Shown: positions 9,609-18,228 of the stretch, one piece after another
Layout: the number at the start of each line of letters is the position of its first letter
Position numbering within the stretch: position 1 is the stretch's first letter
Source of the DNA: an uncultured Acidobacteriaceae bacterium
Lineage (GTDB): Bacteria; Acidobacteriota; Terriglobia; Bryobacterales; Bryobacteraceae
Direction of reading: 5' to 3'
Length of the DNA stretch: 64,000 nt
Assembly: GCA_963787615.1 (NCBI GenBank)
Contig: CAWBDJ010000001.1
Location: forward strand, 543,517 to 607,516
Notes under the pieces: model-generated
Database searches by the model: none
Seen by the model: only the letters and a program-made list of their open reading frames with translations
Told to the model about the DNA's origin: nothing
Translations under genes and position numbers: made by a program

Positions 9609-11006
9609 TCACCGCGCGCGCGCTTCCAATTCGCCCCGCATGATTCTGTAATCAACCGCATAAGCGTGGAATCCGGCCCGCTGAAATCCACGAATAACTT
9701 CCGGGTTCTTCATAAACGTGTTCCAAACGAAACCCGTGCGTAGATTCTCTGCCATCACCATCGTGATGCCCGTATCAATTCCAATCACGTCGGTGTCATA
9801 CCAGTTCTTCAGGGGGTTGAAGGCATTGACGAATCCATAACGGCTCCAGGCACGCGCTCCATAGCTGTTTTTGATTGTTTTCAGTACGCGCAATGTAGCC
9901 GATGGGAGAAATGCCAACGAGCCTCCCGCGGCACTGGGCACCACAGTTCCATCGATCGGTCCAATGGCGGGAGGACCACCCCACACAACATAGCCATTCT
10001 CGGAATCGGAAGCCGTAATGCCCCACAAATCATTGCTGTAATCGGGAAACTGCTTGCCCAGTTCCAAGCAGAACAGGCGATGGACCTCCGTTGCTGTCAT
10101 CGAGTTCAGGAAATAATCCGCATGCGCATCTCGTTTGCCGCGGAAGTCGAACCAGGCCTGCGAATACTGATGTACGAACAGAGGCGCGTACGAACCGATA
10201 TAGCGGAGCCCATCGTATTCGAAAGTTGTCCGTTTCCAGGCGTTCCAGACCTCACCCGGCAGCGGATGTGATGAAGAGCCCAGGCCGAAAAGGTACATCA
10301 TCATCAGTTCGCTGTAGTAATCCCATCGATAGGGCAGAAAACCAGTTTCAGGCGACCACCCATGCGGGAGCAGATGAGTATCTTCCGACAACCATGTCCA
10401 CTCGACGCGTGCAAAAATGGCGGCTGCCAAGCGCGTGATTTCGGAGTGCCGGAAGTATTGACGGCAGGTCATCACGCCGCACAGCAAAATCGCCGTATCT
10501 ATCGAGGAGACCTCCGACTCCCACATCCGTTCGCCGCTCTTCAAATTCGCGAAATGATAAAAGAACCCGCGGTGCGTCGGCATCTTCTCATATAAGAAGT
10601 GCAAAGCGGTGATCACACGCCGATGCGCATCGCCGAGCGACAGATATCCTCGCTTGTGTCCAATGCACACGGCCGTCAATCCGAAGCCGGTCGCTGCGAT
10701 GCTTGCCACCGTCGTCTTATCGGTTGCCCGTACATTGCACCTGTCCTTAACAAGCCCGGTCTCGGCATCGGCCTGATCCAGAAAAAACAGGAAATTCGCC
10801 TTCTCGATCTCCTCCAGGAACGCGTCGTCCTCTGCTGAGATCGCCTGGCTGCTTGCGTCTATCGGCTGCGGGGGCGGCGGCTCTGCGGCTAAGAGCAGCG
10901 GGGCGAGGCCTTGTCTGAAGATCGCCGCGGATGCCGTCGTCCCAGCCAGCATCGCTAAGAGTTGACGCCGCGAAAGTCCGCTCTCTTCGATCTCTCCGGC
11001 TGCCAA
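9609..11006 (-). CDS. glucoamylase-family glycoside hydrolase (GH144 / DUF3131-like), Tat-exported
   Basis: 465 aa with a twin-arginine leader (SRRQLLAMLAGTTASAAIF). Motifs GLVKDR, SIAATGFGLTA, GFFYHF, SSIDTAILLCG and DSENGY match the beta-1,2-glucanase/glycoamylase family as I recall it. Confidence 0.7.
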   Translation of the reverse strand: MAAGEIEESGLSRRQLLAMLAGTTASAAIFRQGLAPLLLAAEPPPPQPIDASSQAISAEDDAFLEEIEKANFLFFLDQADAETGLVKDRCNVRATDKTTVASIAATGFGLTAVCIGHKRGYLSLGDAHRRVITALHFLYEKMPTHRGFFYHFANLKSGERMWESEVSSIDTAILLCGVMTCRQYFRHSEITRLAAAIFARVEWTWLSEDTHLLPHGWSPETGFLPYRWDYYSELMMMYLFGLGSSSHPLPGEVWNAWKRTTFEYDGLRYIGSYAPLFVHQYSQAWFDFRGKRDAHADYFLNSMTATEVHRLFCLELGKQFPDYSNDLWGITASDSENGYVVWGGPPAIGPIDGTVVPSAAGGSLAFLPSATLRVLKTIKNSYGARAWSRYGFVNAFNPLKNWYDTDVIGIDTGITMVMAENLRTGFVWNTFMKNPEVIRGFQRAGFHAYAVDYRIMRGELEARAR

Positions 11007-11091
11007 TCAACTTACTTTAGACGATCGTCACGGTTCGCGCATCCGTGGATCTCCTCGATCGCACGTCTTAGAATCTGACAGGGACAACGAG

Positions 11092-12078
11092 ATGACGCGT
11101 GGGCGGAAGGTCGTGCTTGGGGCAGCTATCGTTATCTTCGCCGCCATCCTAGCTGGAGTAATCGTCTCTCGCACCTCTAGAAAGGAGAGCATTTCGTTGA
11201 CAGGTGCCGTCCTCCAGCAGGCCAGCGACCCCAGAATGCAGACGCCCATCGCCGATACAGAGATCACCGCCAGTAGCGGTCTCGCGAGCGCCGCAACCCA
11301 CTCCGATGTTTCCGGTTTTTTCCAATTGACTTTGCCTCCGGATGTAAAGCCGGGCCAAGCAGTGAGCCTGAGCTTTCGCCATTCGGGTTATCAACCGCTC
11401 GCGGTTACGATGCGCGCGACCGACCGCCTTTACATCGCCCGCCTGGTGCCCATCCATACCGAATCGAGCGCAGAGGCGCACGGTGCTGAGATCACGATCG
11501 GCAATCTACGCGTGAGGTATTCCGTCAAGGACATGGCAACTGTAAATGTGGGAAGCATCGCGAGAACTTTTGAAGTTTCTAACACCGGCGGAGTTCCGTG
11601 CGATGGCCACGCTCCTTGCTCCCCAGACGGTAAATGGAAAGCGGCAATCGGGTCTGACTCTTACGATGCCGGAGAAGACAATCAGTTCCGCAATGTCCGT
11701 GTTTCTTGCATCGCCGGCCCTTGCCCTTTCACAAACATCAGTCCCACTGATCTTTCCAACCAGGGCCGAATCGTGAAAGTGTCTGCACTCGATTGGTCCG
11801 ATACAGCCACCTTTCTCGTCGAAGCGGAGGTGAGTCGTACGCTGGCCAGTGACACGGTCCGGTACTCGATCCCCGTGATTTTCGGAAACGGCATGGATTT
11901 CACCCTGCCGGGAACAGCGGAGGGGCCCAGCATCGAAGCCGATCTGAACGGATCCGACATCGTCTTCCCTCTTGGGCCCGAAATCTTTTTGTCCTGGGCC
12001 GGCTGTACTCTCAAGGCCGGCGCGAATGGCTCGAAGCTATACCGCTGTGAACTCAAACCCGGATACCGATTCCAATAG
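11092..12078 (+). CDS. hypothetical membrane-anchored protein (N-terminal CarboxypepD_reg-like segment)
   Basis: 328 aa with an N-terminal TM anchor (VVLGAAIVIFAAILAGVIV). Beta-rich, with the segment SGFFQLTLPPDVKPGQAVSLSFRHSGYQP. Confidence 0.5.
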   Translation: MTRGRKVVLGAAIVIFAAILAGVIVSRTSRKESISLTGAVLQQASDPRMQTPIADTEITASSGLASAATHSDVSGFFQLTLPPDVKPGQAVSLSFRHSGYQPLAVTMRATDRLYIARLVPIHTESSAEAHGAEITIGNLRVRYSVKDMATVNVGSIARTFEVSNTGGVPCDGHAPCSPDGKWKAAIGSDSYDAGEDNQFRNVRVSCIAGPCPFTNISPTDLSNQGRIVKVSALDWSDTATFLVEAEVSRTLASDTVRYSIPVIFGNGMDFTLPGTAEGPSIEADLNGSDIVFPLGPEIFLSWAGCTLKAGANGSKLYRCELKPGYRFQ

Positions 12079-12146
12079 CCGCGTGCTGCCCGTGGTTCTC
12101 GGAATCCGCCCGAATCGCCAGAAGGTGTTCGCTTGAGGGTCTCGTC

Positions 12147-12554
12147 TTAGTGCTGAGCGCCGCTATTTCGATGAGCGGCCGTGTATTGCACCGCGTGGTC
12201 GACGATCACGTAAAGAAGCTGGTCGGGGTCCTTCTTGGCCTCTGTTTTGATCCAATTGCCGGCTTTCGTCCCCGCCTCCGCCGTATCCGGCACCGTGAGG
12301 CCGCGCTTCTGCGCCGACAACTCAGCGAGCGCCTTCACGATTTCGAAGAAACCATCTTCGGTTTTCCCGCCCAACGCCCATGCCTCGCGCACGGAGCTGG
12401 TCACCGCCTGCTCCATCGTCCATGAGTGTGCAGTCGGCGTATCGGTCGCCGATTGCGGAGCAGCCGTCTGCTGCGACTTGGCGTACACGGATTGCCCTGA
12501 CAACGCAAGGACGGCAGCCATAACAGACGCCGCCAGCATAGTTACTTTTTTCAT
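12147..12554 (-). CDS. hypothetical secreted protein
   Basis: Start chosen at the internal MKKVTMLAASVMAAVLALSGQSVYA signal peptide, which avoids overlap with the upstream gene ending at 12574. Confidence 0.45.
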   Translation of the reverse strand: MKKVTMLAASVMAAVLALSGQSVYAKSQQTAAPQSATDTPTAHSWTMEQAVTSSVREAWALGGKTEDGFFEIVKALAELSAQKRGLTVPDTAEAGTKAGNWIKTEAKKDPDQLLYVIVDHAVQYTAAHRNSGAQH

Positions 12555-12573
12555 GATTTTGGATTCCTTTCGC

Positions 12574-12936
12574 TTACCGGTGTCGATCGCGATCATTCTG
12601 CGCGACCTTGCCCGCAATCGCGCCCATGCCGGCCCCCGCTGCTCCACCGATCAGAGTACCTTTTAAACTGCGGCCGAACACGGCTCCTAAAGCAGCGCCG
12701 CCCGCCGCGCCGATCAGAGCACCCTTGCCCGGCCCAATCCCCGTGTCGTGATGATGCCGGCGCTCATCCTCGCTGGCATAACGCCCGTAGTCTCCTTCTC
12801 GAACGCTGCTTTGCATGCCGCTGTAGTAGTTTCTACCGCCGTAGTTGCTTCCATTACGGTCACGTTGGCCTACCACTGGCATGACGGAACCCAGCAGTAA
12901 CCCAGCGGCTACTACATAGGTCTGTACCTTGCGCAT
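12574..12936 (-). CDS. glycine-zipper (YMGG-like) small outer-membrane/secreted protein
   Basis: Signal peptide plus a C-terminal GxxxG array: GALIGAAGGAALGAVFG...LIGGAAGAGMGAIAG. Confidence 0.55.
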   Translation of the reverse strand: MRKVQTYVVAAGLLLGSVMPVVGQRDRNGSNYGGRNYYSGMQSSVREGDYGRYASEDERRHHHDTGIGPGKGALIGAAGGAALGAVFGRSLKGTLIGGAAGAGMGAIAGKVAQNDRDRHR

Positions 12937-13049
12937 AAATTCCTTTCCCGAGACATCGCTGCCCGAGCCAACCTACTCCCTCCCGCAGTGTAACTGATAT
13001 TAGTACCGTCTTGATTTTTCGAGGCCCAAATGTCGCCCGCGGCTAAGTA

Positions 13050-13994
13050 TCAGGCCGCCGGCGAAATAGGTTCGACGGGGAGACCTAGCTTCAGCCAGCT
13101 TTCGAATCCGCCCTCGAGTGGATGAACTCTGCGCACTCCGGCTCGCCTCAGTTGCAGCGCCGCACGGGCGCTGGTCGCCTCGTTTGGTCAAGTGCAGTAG
13201 AGGATTACTTCGCGATCACGCGGAATCTCTCGAAAATGCGCGCGGAGTTCCGCCGGACGCAGTACCTGCGCACCCATTATCTTCTGGCCTGTTCTCTCCA
13301 CCTCTGACGGGGCGCGCAGATCGACGATAACGGGCGGCGGATCGCTGCCCATCGTTGCGTACGCTTCCTTTGCGCTCATTCGGTCAATGCGCAATTGCCG
13401 GCGGAACCGCACTCGCTGAAAATAACGCCAGCTAATGAACGCGCCGATCAGAAGAGCTAAGACGAACCCGGCGCGGCGCCCAAACAGGCCAAGCAAAATG
13501 ACCACCCTGTCAATCTGGCGATGAAATAGAACTCCGGCAACCAGATAAGCTGTCGACCAAAGCGCCGATCCCGCCGCATCCGCCAGAAAGAAACGCCACC
13601 TCGGCAGTTTGATTGCTCCAGCCAGCGGGTTCGCGATCAGACTCGTGCCTGGAACGAATTTCGTAAAGAGCAACGTCCACGCTCCACGCCTCATATAGTC
13701 AACTTCCGTTTTGCGGACGCAGGTATCGGGTTCGAGCGAAAATTTACACAGCAGTTTGAGAACGGAACGGCCTCGCCAGCGGCCCAACTCGTACCAGAAA
13801 AAGTCCCCCAGCAGAGCGGCAGCGACGCTAATGACGACAGCAAGCCCAAACGAGTAATGTCCATCGCCCACCGCAGCGCCCATCACGAGCAGAACCGGAT
13901 CTGCCGGAATGGGAACACCGGCCTGCACTGCGAACACATAACAGAACAAGAACAGATAGCCATGGAGCAGAATCAGCGAGCGAAAGGACGGCAC
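13050..13994 (-). CDS. DedA-family membrane protein fused to a rhodanese domain; in-frame TGA (13188..13190) at the catalytic-Cys position (candidate selenocysteine)
   Basis: ORF 13188..13994 has a DedA/SNARE-associated core (VPIPADPVLLVMGA, TKFVPG) followed by a rhodanese N-terminal part ending ...DREVILYCT-TGA. The same frame continues PNEATSARAALQLRRAGVRRVHPLEGGFESWLKLGLPVEP... to TGA at 13050. See the first finding. Confidence 0.6.
13155..13173 (-). promoter_or_regulatory. SECIS-like hairpin downstream of the in-frame UGA
   Basis: Minus-strand CAGCGCC-CGUGC-GGCGCUG forms a perfect 7-bp GC-rich stem with a 5-nt loop containing GU. The stem starts 14 nt after the UGA and the loop 21 nt after it. 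Confidence 0.4.
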
Positions 13995-14098
13995 TTGCTT
14001 CAGCTTCCCACGCCCATCGGTTCTTGCTGAAACTTCGGGACAGCTTCCCCGACGCTTGCTCTCAGGTCCGGTTCACGAGTAGTGACAACATAGGGGCT

Positions 14099-14335
14099 AT
14101 GCCGAAGCTCACCATACAAATTGACCCCTCAAGCTGCATCCTGGCGGCCAACTGCGTGGGTGTAGAACCGAAGTTGTTTCAGATCGGCGGGGAATCGCAC
14201 GTGGAGATCGTCGACGGGAGCGGCATCTCGCAAGGAACCGTATACACCTTTGATGCAACTGATGTAGAGCTCGAGATGGCCGAGGAGGCCGCTGAGTCCT
14301 GCCCGACCCGCGCCATCGCCGTCACGCGCGGTTGA
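14099..14335 (+). CDS. small single-cluster ferredoxin
   Basis: MPKLTIQIDPSSCILAANCVGVEPKLF...AEEAAESCPTRAIAV. The C..ANC...CP pattern fits ~70-80 aa Fer4_13/15-type ferredoxins. Start taken at the internal ATG of ORF 14024..14335. Confidence 0.6.
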   Translation: MPKLTIQIDPSSCILAANCVGVEPKLFQIGGESHVEIVDGSGISQGTVYTFDATDVELEMAEEAAESCPTRAIAVTRG

Positions 14336-14595
14336 GTCCGTGGCTCCATGCCCCCGCTCCTCCCGCGCCGCCTCTCAGTACCAAGTACTCTCTTCCCCCA
14401 CCCAAATCCCGGTCCTCTTGCGCAACATCTTTCAAAAGGTGTCCCATATCGTTAATACAGTTCTCAATTGTGTCCAACTCTTGCGGACTTTACCTTGGGG
14501 TGTGAAGTTTTCCGCTTTTCTAATGAATGGCTGATTACATGGGGTGCTGGGGTCAATGCCTTCGACGTGCGTTCATCGCTGACACGCTCCATGGG

Positions 14596-17106
14596 ATGTC
14601 TGTACCCAGGATTTCTGTGGTTTTCTTCATAGCCATTGCAGCCACCCTCTGGGTTGCTCCGCTCGGCCAGGCCTCCGATCCTCCCTGTAAATCGGGCGAA
14701 CTGCGCGTCTACGTCAAAGATTCGCAGGAGAGCCCGGTGTTCGACGTGCAGATTAGAGCCGCGTCTACCGCCACAGGAAGCGCCAGGCGAACAACGGGGG
14801 CCATGGGCATCGCCGACTTCGAAAACATACCCTGTGGGTCATGGACCATCCAGGCCCTCAAGCAGGGATTCGAAGAAAGCGTCATCACCGTACAGATCAC
14901 AAGCGGCATCAACACCGACGTGAGTCTCACACTCAATCCGAGCGTCGTGCACTCCAGCATCGACGTAACCGAAAAGCCCGCCATCGTGGAACAAAGTTCT
15001 TCCGAGAGCAACGAACTGCATACCAGCGAAGTGAAGCCTCTTCCCGGAAATCCGCCCACCGTCGCCGATGTGCTCCCGCTCGTGCCCGGCGTTGTGCGTT
15101 CACCCGACGGCGAGCTGAAACTCGACGGCTCGGGTGAACAGCGCAGCGCGCTCGTTGTGAACCAAAGCGACGTCACCGATCCTGCCACAGGCAAGTTCGG
15201 CCAAACCGTACCGATCGACAGCGTCGAAACGGTGAATGTCTTGAACACTCCATTTCTTGCGCAATATGGTCGCTTCACTCAAAGCGTGGTGGCCGTCGAG
15301 ACCCGTCGGGGCGGCGAGAAGTGGCATGCCGATCTCAACGATCCGTTTCCTGACTTCCGGATCAGAAGCTACCACATGCGCGGAATTCGCAATGAAACTC
15401 CGCGAGCAGTGTTGGGCGGTCCCTTGATCGCCGATCGCCTGTTCTTCATCAGCGCACTCCAGTACTTCCTCGACAAGGTGCCCAACCGCACGCTCGGTTT
15501 CCCCTACAACGAATCGAAGCAGGAATCGCTAAATTCGTTCACACAATTGGATTACATTGCCTCTCCCCGGGAGATCGTCACTGCCACGCTGCACGTTACA
15601 CCTCAGCACATCAACTTCGTCAATCCCGAGTACTTCAACCCGCAACCGGTAACACCTACTTACGCGCAGCATAATTACATCGGAACCGTCAGCGATCACT
15701 TCGGAATCTGGGGTGGCACGCTCGACAGCAGCCTTTCCATCCAGCGTTTCGAGGCGTTCATTGGGGCACAGGGCGATGCCGACATGGTCCTGACGCCCGA
15801 AGGAAACCGGGGCAACTACTTTAGTCGACAGAATCGCGAGGCCGGACGCATCGAGTGGCTTGAAATCTGGTCGCCTTCCCCAGTCAAACTCGCCGGAACT
15901 CATCTCGTGAAGACTGGTACATCGCTCAGCCGTTCAACCGATCAAGGACAGTTCACTTATTACCCCGTCGACATCCTCAACACCGCCGGTCAGCAGTTGG
16001 AGCGCATCGATTTCACCAATCCGGCCCCCTATAATCGCACCGATCTGGAACTCACAGCGTACGGACAGGATCACTGGTCGCTCACTCCCAAAATCGCTCT
16101 CGATTACGGATTGCGCGTCGAACACCAGAGACTTGCCTCCAGCTTTCGAGTGGCGCCTCGCGCGGGCTTCGCCTGGACTCCTTTTGCCAACGAACGAACC
16201 GTCATCCGAGCCGGTTACGGCGAGTTCTACGATCACATTCCGCTCGACGTCTATACCTTTGGTCGCTATCCATCGAGGACCGTGACCTATTACGCCCCGG
16301 ACGGCAGCATCGTAGGTTCGCCGATCGATTTCGTCAACGTCATCGGCAGTGTCAGCGGGCCCCGTTCATTCTTGGTCCACGGCCAGCGCGTCGCCGGCGC
16401 CTTCTCCCCACGAGGCTCCACCTGGAACGCCCAAATTGAGCACAGCTTTTCACGCCTGTTTCGGATTCGCGGAGTTTACACCGACAACCGTTCCGTCGGA
16501 TTAATTGCGCTCGAACCCGAACTCCTCGGAACAACAAATGAAATTGTGTTAAATGGCGACGGTAGTTCCAGGTACAGGCAGGCCGAAGTCACCGCCAAAC
16601 TCGCCTGGAGCAATGCGCAGCAGCTGGTCTTCTCGTATACGCGCAGTCGCGCTCAAGGCAACCTCAACGAGTTCGATTCCTATCTCGGCAATTTCTCCAC
16701 TGCGCTAGTGCGACCCGACCTCTATTCGAACCTGCCGGCCGATCTGCCGAACCGCTTCCTGCTCTGGGGTCACACCAAGCTTCCGGTATGGAAACTAGAG
16801 CTTCTGCCGATCGTCGAATATCGCAACGGATTCCCGTATGCGCAATTCGATTCCTTTCAAAACTACGTCGGCACACCATATAGCGATCAGACGCGCTTCC
16901 GAAATTTCTTTTCTGCGGATGCTCGGCTCATCAAGGATTTTAAAGTCACCCCAAAATATACGGTGCGACTCTCGTTGAGCGCCTTCAATCTAACCAACCA
17001 CTTCAACCCGCTCGCCGTCCACGCCAATGTTGCCGATCCTCAATATGGAGTGTTTTTTGGTAATTACCATCGGCGTTACCGCGGCGATTTCGAAGTGATC
17101 TTCTGA
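14596..17106 (+). CDS. TonB-dependent receptor-like outer membrane protein with N-terminal CarboxypepD_reg domain
   Basis: Signal peptide MSVPRISVVFFIAIAATLWVAPLGQA and a carboxypeptidase-regulatory-like beta sandwich. A plug-like region (VADVLPLVPGVVRSPDGELKL...VETVNVLNTPFLAQYG) precedes a long beta barrel ending in a terminal aromatic residue (...GDFEVIF). Confidence 0.75.
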   Translation: MSVPRISVVFFIAIAATLWVAPLGQASDPPCKSGELRVYVKDSQESPVFDVQIRAASTATGSARRTTGAMGIADFENIPCGSWTIQALKQGFEESVITVQITSGINTDVSLTLNPSVVHSSIDVTEKPAIVEQSSSESNELHTSEVKPLPGNPPTVADVLPLVPGVVRSPDGELKLDGSGEQRSALVVNQSDVTDPATGKFGQTVPIDSVETVNVLNTPFLAQYGRFTQSVVAVETRRGGEKWHADLNDPFPDFRIRSYHMRGIRNETPRAVLGGPLIADRLFFISALQYFLDKVPNRTLGFPYNESKQESLNSFTQLDYIASPREIVTATLHVTPQHINFVNPEYFNPQPVTPTYAQHNYIGTVSDHFGIWGGTLDSSLSIQRFEAFIGAQGDADMVLTPEGNRGNYFSRQNREAGRIEWLEIWSPSPVKLAGTHLVKTGTSLSRSTDQGQFTYYPVDILNTAGQQLERIDFTNPAPYNRTDLELTAYGQDHWSLTPKIALDYGLRVEHQRLASSFRVAPRAGFAWTPFANERTVIRAGYGEFYDHIPLDVYTFGRYPSRTVTYYAPDGSIVGSPIDFVNVIGSVSGPRSFLVHGQRVAGAFSPRGSTWNAQIEHSFSRLFRIRGVYTDNRSVGLIALEPELLGTTNEIVLNGDGSSRYRQAEVTAKLAWSNAQQLVFSYTRSRAQGNLNEFDSYLGNFSTALVRPDLYSNLPADLPNRFLLWGHTKLPVWKLELLPIVEYRNGFPYAQFDSFQNYVGTPYSDQTRFRNFFSADARLIKDFKVTPKYTVRLSLSAFNLTNHFNPLAVHANVADPQYGVFFGNYHRRYRGDFEVIF

Positions 17107-17177
17107 TCCTCTCGTTATCAGCGCGGGGTGTGGTAGCAAAATAGAGTAGGACTTCGGCCGACGGTGGGCCTGCACCG

Positions 17178-18221
17178 ATGAGCCCTGACGACAATAGTAA
17201 GATCGTGCTGGAACCGAATGGCAACGAGATAAGTACCCGTGCCGGCGGGGCGCGGCGCTATCGAAAACCTTTGACTGCTTTCCGCTGGTGCGATATAAAG
17301 GCGCTGCTGGTCGATAGCTTCAGGCGCTGGAACAAACACAACGCCACTCGACTCGGAGCCTCGCTAGCGTTCTATTCCCTCCTGTCGCTCGCTCCCCTCC
17401 TGCTTCTGTCGGTTTCGATTGTGGGCCTCGCCTTCGGCCATTCCACCGCGCAGCGCCAAACTGTGCAACAGGTAGAAGCGCTGGTCGGGCCTGCTGCCGG
17501 AAAAGCAATGGCTGCCTTCCTGCAGGGATCGCAAAACACCACCCACGGCATTATCGCCACCATCCTGGGCGTGATCACGCTTTTGTTTAGCGCATCGGGT
17601 GTGGTGATTGAGCTGCGATCGGCCTTGAACCTGATCTGGGACGCGCCCGACCGGGATTTGAGCGGACTCGAAATGATCGCAAGCTTCGTGAAGCAGCGGC
17701 TGTTCTCCTTCGGGATCGTCCTCGGAATCGGATTCCTGCTCATCGTCTCGCTTGCTGTTACCACCTGGATCACTGCCTTAGCAGCGCTCCCCTCTTCCGT
17801 TTCGGGCGCGGAAGCGGCGTTCCTGCACGTCCTGAATTCAGTCGTCTCCTTCGTCGTCATCGCGGCACTTTTCGGCGCGATCTACAAAATCATCCCCGAT
17901 GTACATGTCGAATGGCGCGATGTCGTGCTCGGCGGCGCCGTCACTTCGCTGCTGTTTTCCATCGGAAAACTGGCGCTCGGCTTCTACCTCGGCCGCGCCA
18001 GCTACAGCTCTACCTATGGAGCCGCCGCTTCGATCGTCATACTGATCGTTTGGGTCTACTATTCAGGGCAGATTTTTTTCCTGGGTGCGGAGTTCACCAG
18101 AACCTTCGCCGAACGCTATGGTTCCGATCCGGCCGAGAAGCCCGAGCACATCGTAACGCTCGCTTCCGAAACTACACCGCAAGCCAACCCGAAGATCATC
18201 GTGCCCGACAAGTCGGCCTGA
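17178..18221 (+). CDS. YihY/BrkB family membrane protein
   Basis: RWNKHNATRLGASLAFYSLLSLAPLLLL plus six TM segments and a C-terminal YYSGQIFFLGAEFT, characteristic of YihY. Confidence 0.8.
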   Translation: MSPDDNSKIVLEPNGNEISTRAGGARRYRKPLTAFRWCDIKALLVDSFRRWNKHNATRLGASLAFYSLLSLAPLLLLSVSIVGLAFGHSTAQRQTVQQVEALVGPAAGKAMAAFLQGSQNTTHGIIATILGVITLLFSASGVVIELRSALNLIWDAPDRDLSGLEMIASFVKQRLFSFGIVLGIGFLLIVSLAVTTWITALAALPSSVSGAEAAFLHVLNSVVSFVVIAALFGAIYKIIPDVHVEWRDVVLGGAVTSLLFSIGKLALGFYLGRASYSSTYGAAASIVILIVWVYYSGQIFFLGAEFTRTFAERYGSDPAEKPEHIVTLASETTPQANPKIIVPDKSA

Positions 18222-18228
18222 ATCTTCG

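Noticed and set aside
13000-13191. The 63-aa ORF listed downstream of the DedA-rhodanese gene.
   Set aside because: It is in a different frame from the rhodanese continuation and has an Arg/Ser-rich nonsense translation. The biologically meaningful frame is the read-through frame, which has no ATG and is therefore absent from the track.
14340-14534. The 64-aa ORF between the ferredoxin gene and the receptor gene.
   Set aside because: No RBS, atypical composition, and it sits in what is more likely the promoter/leader of the receptor gene.
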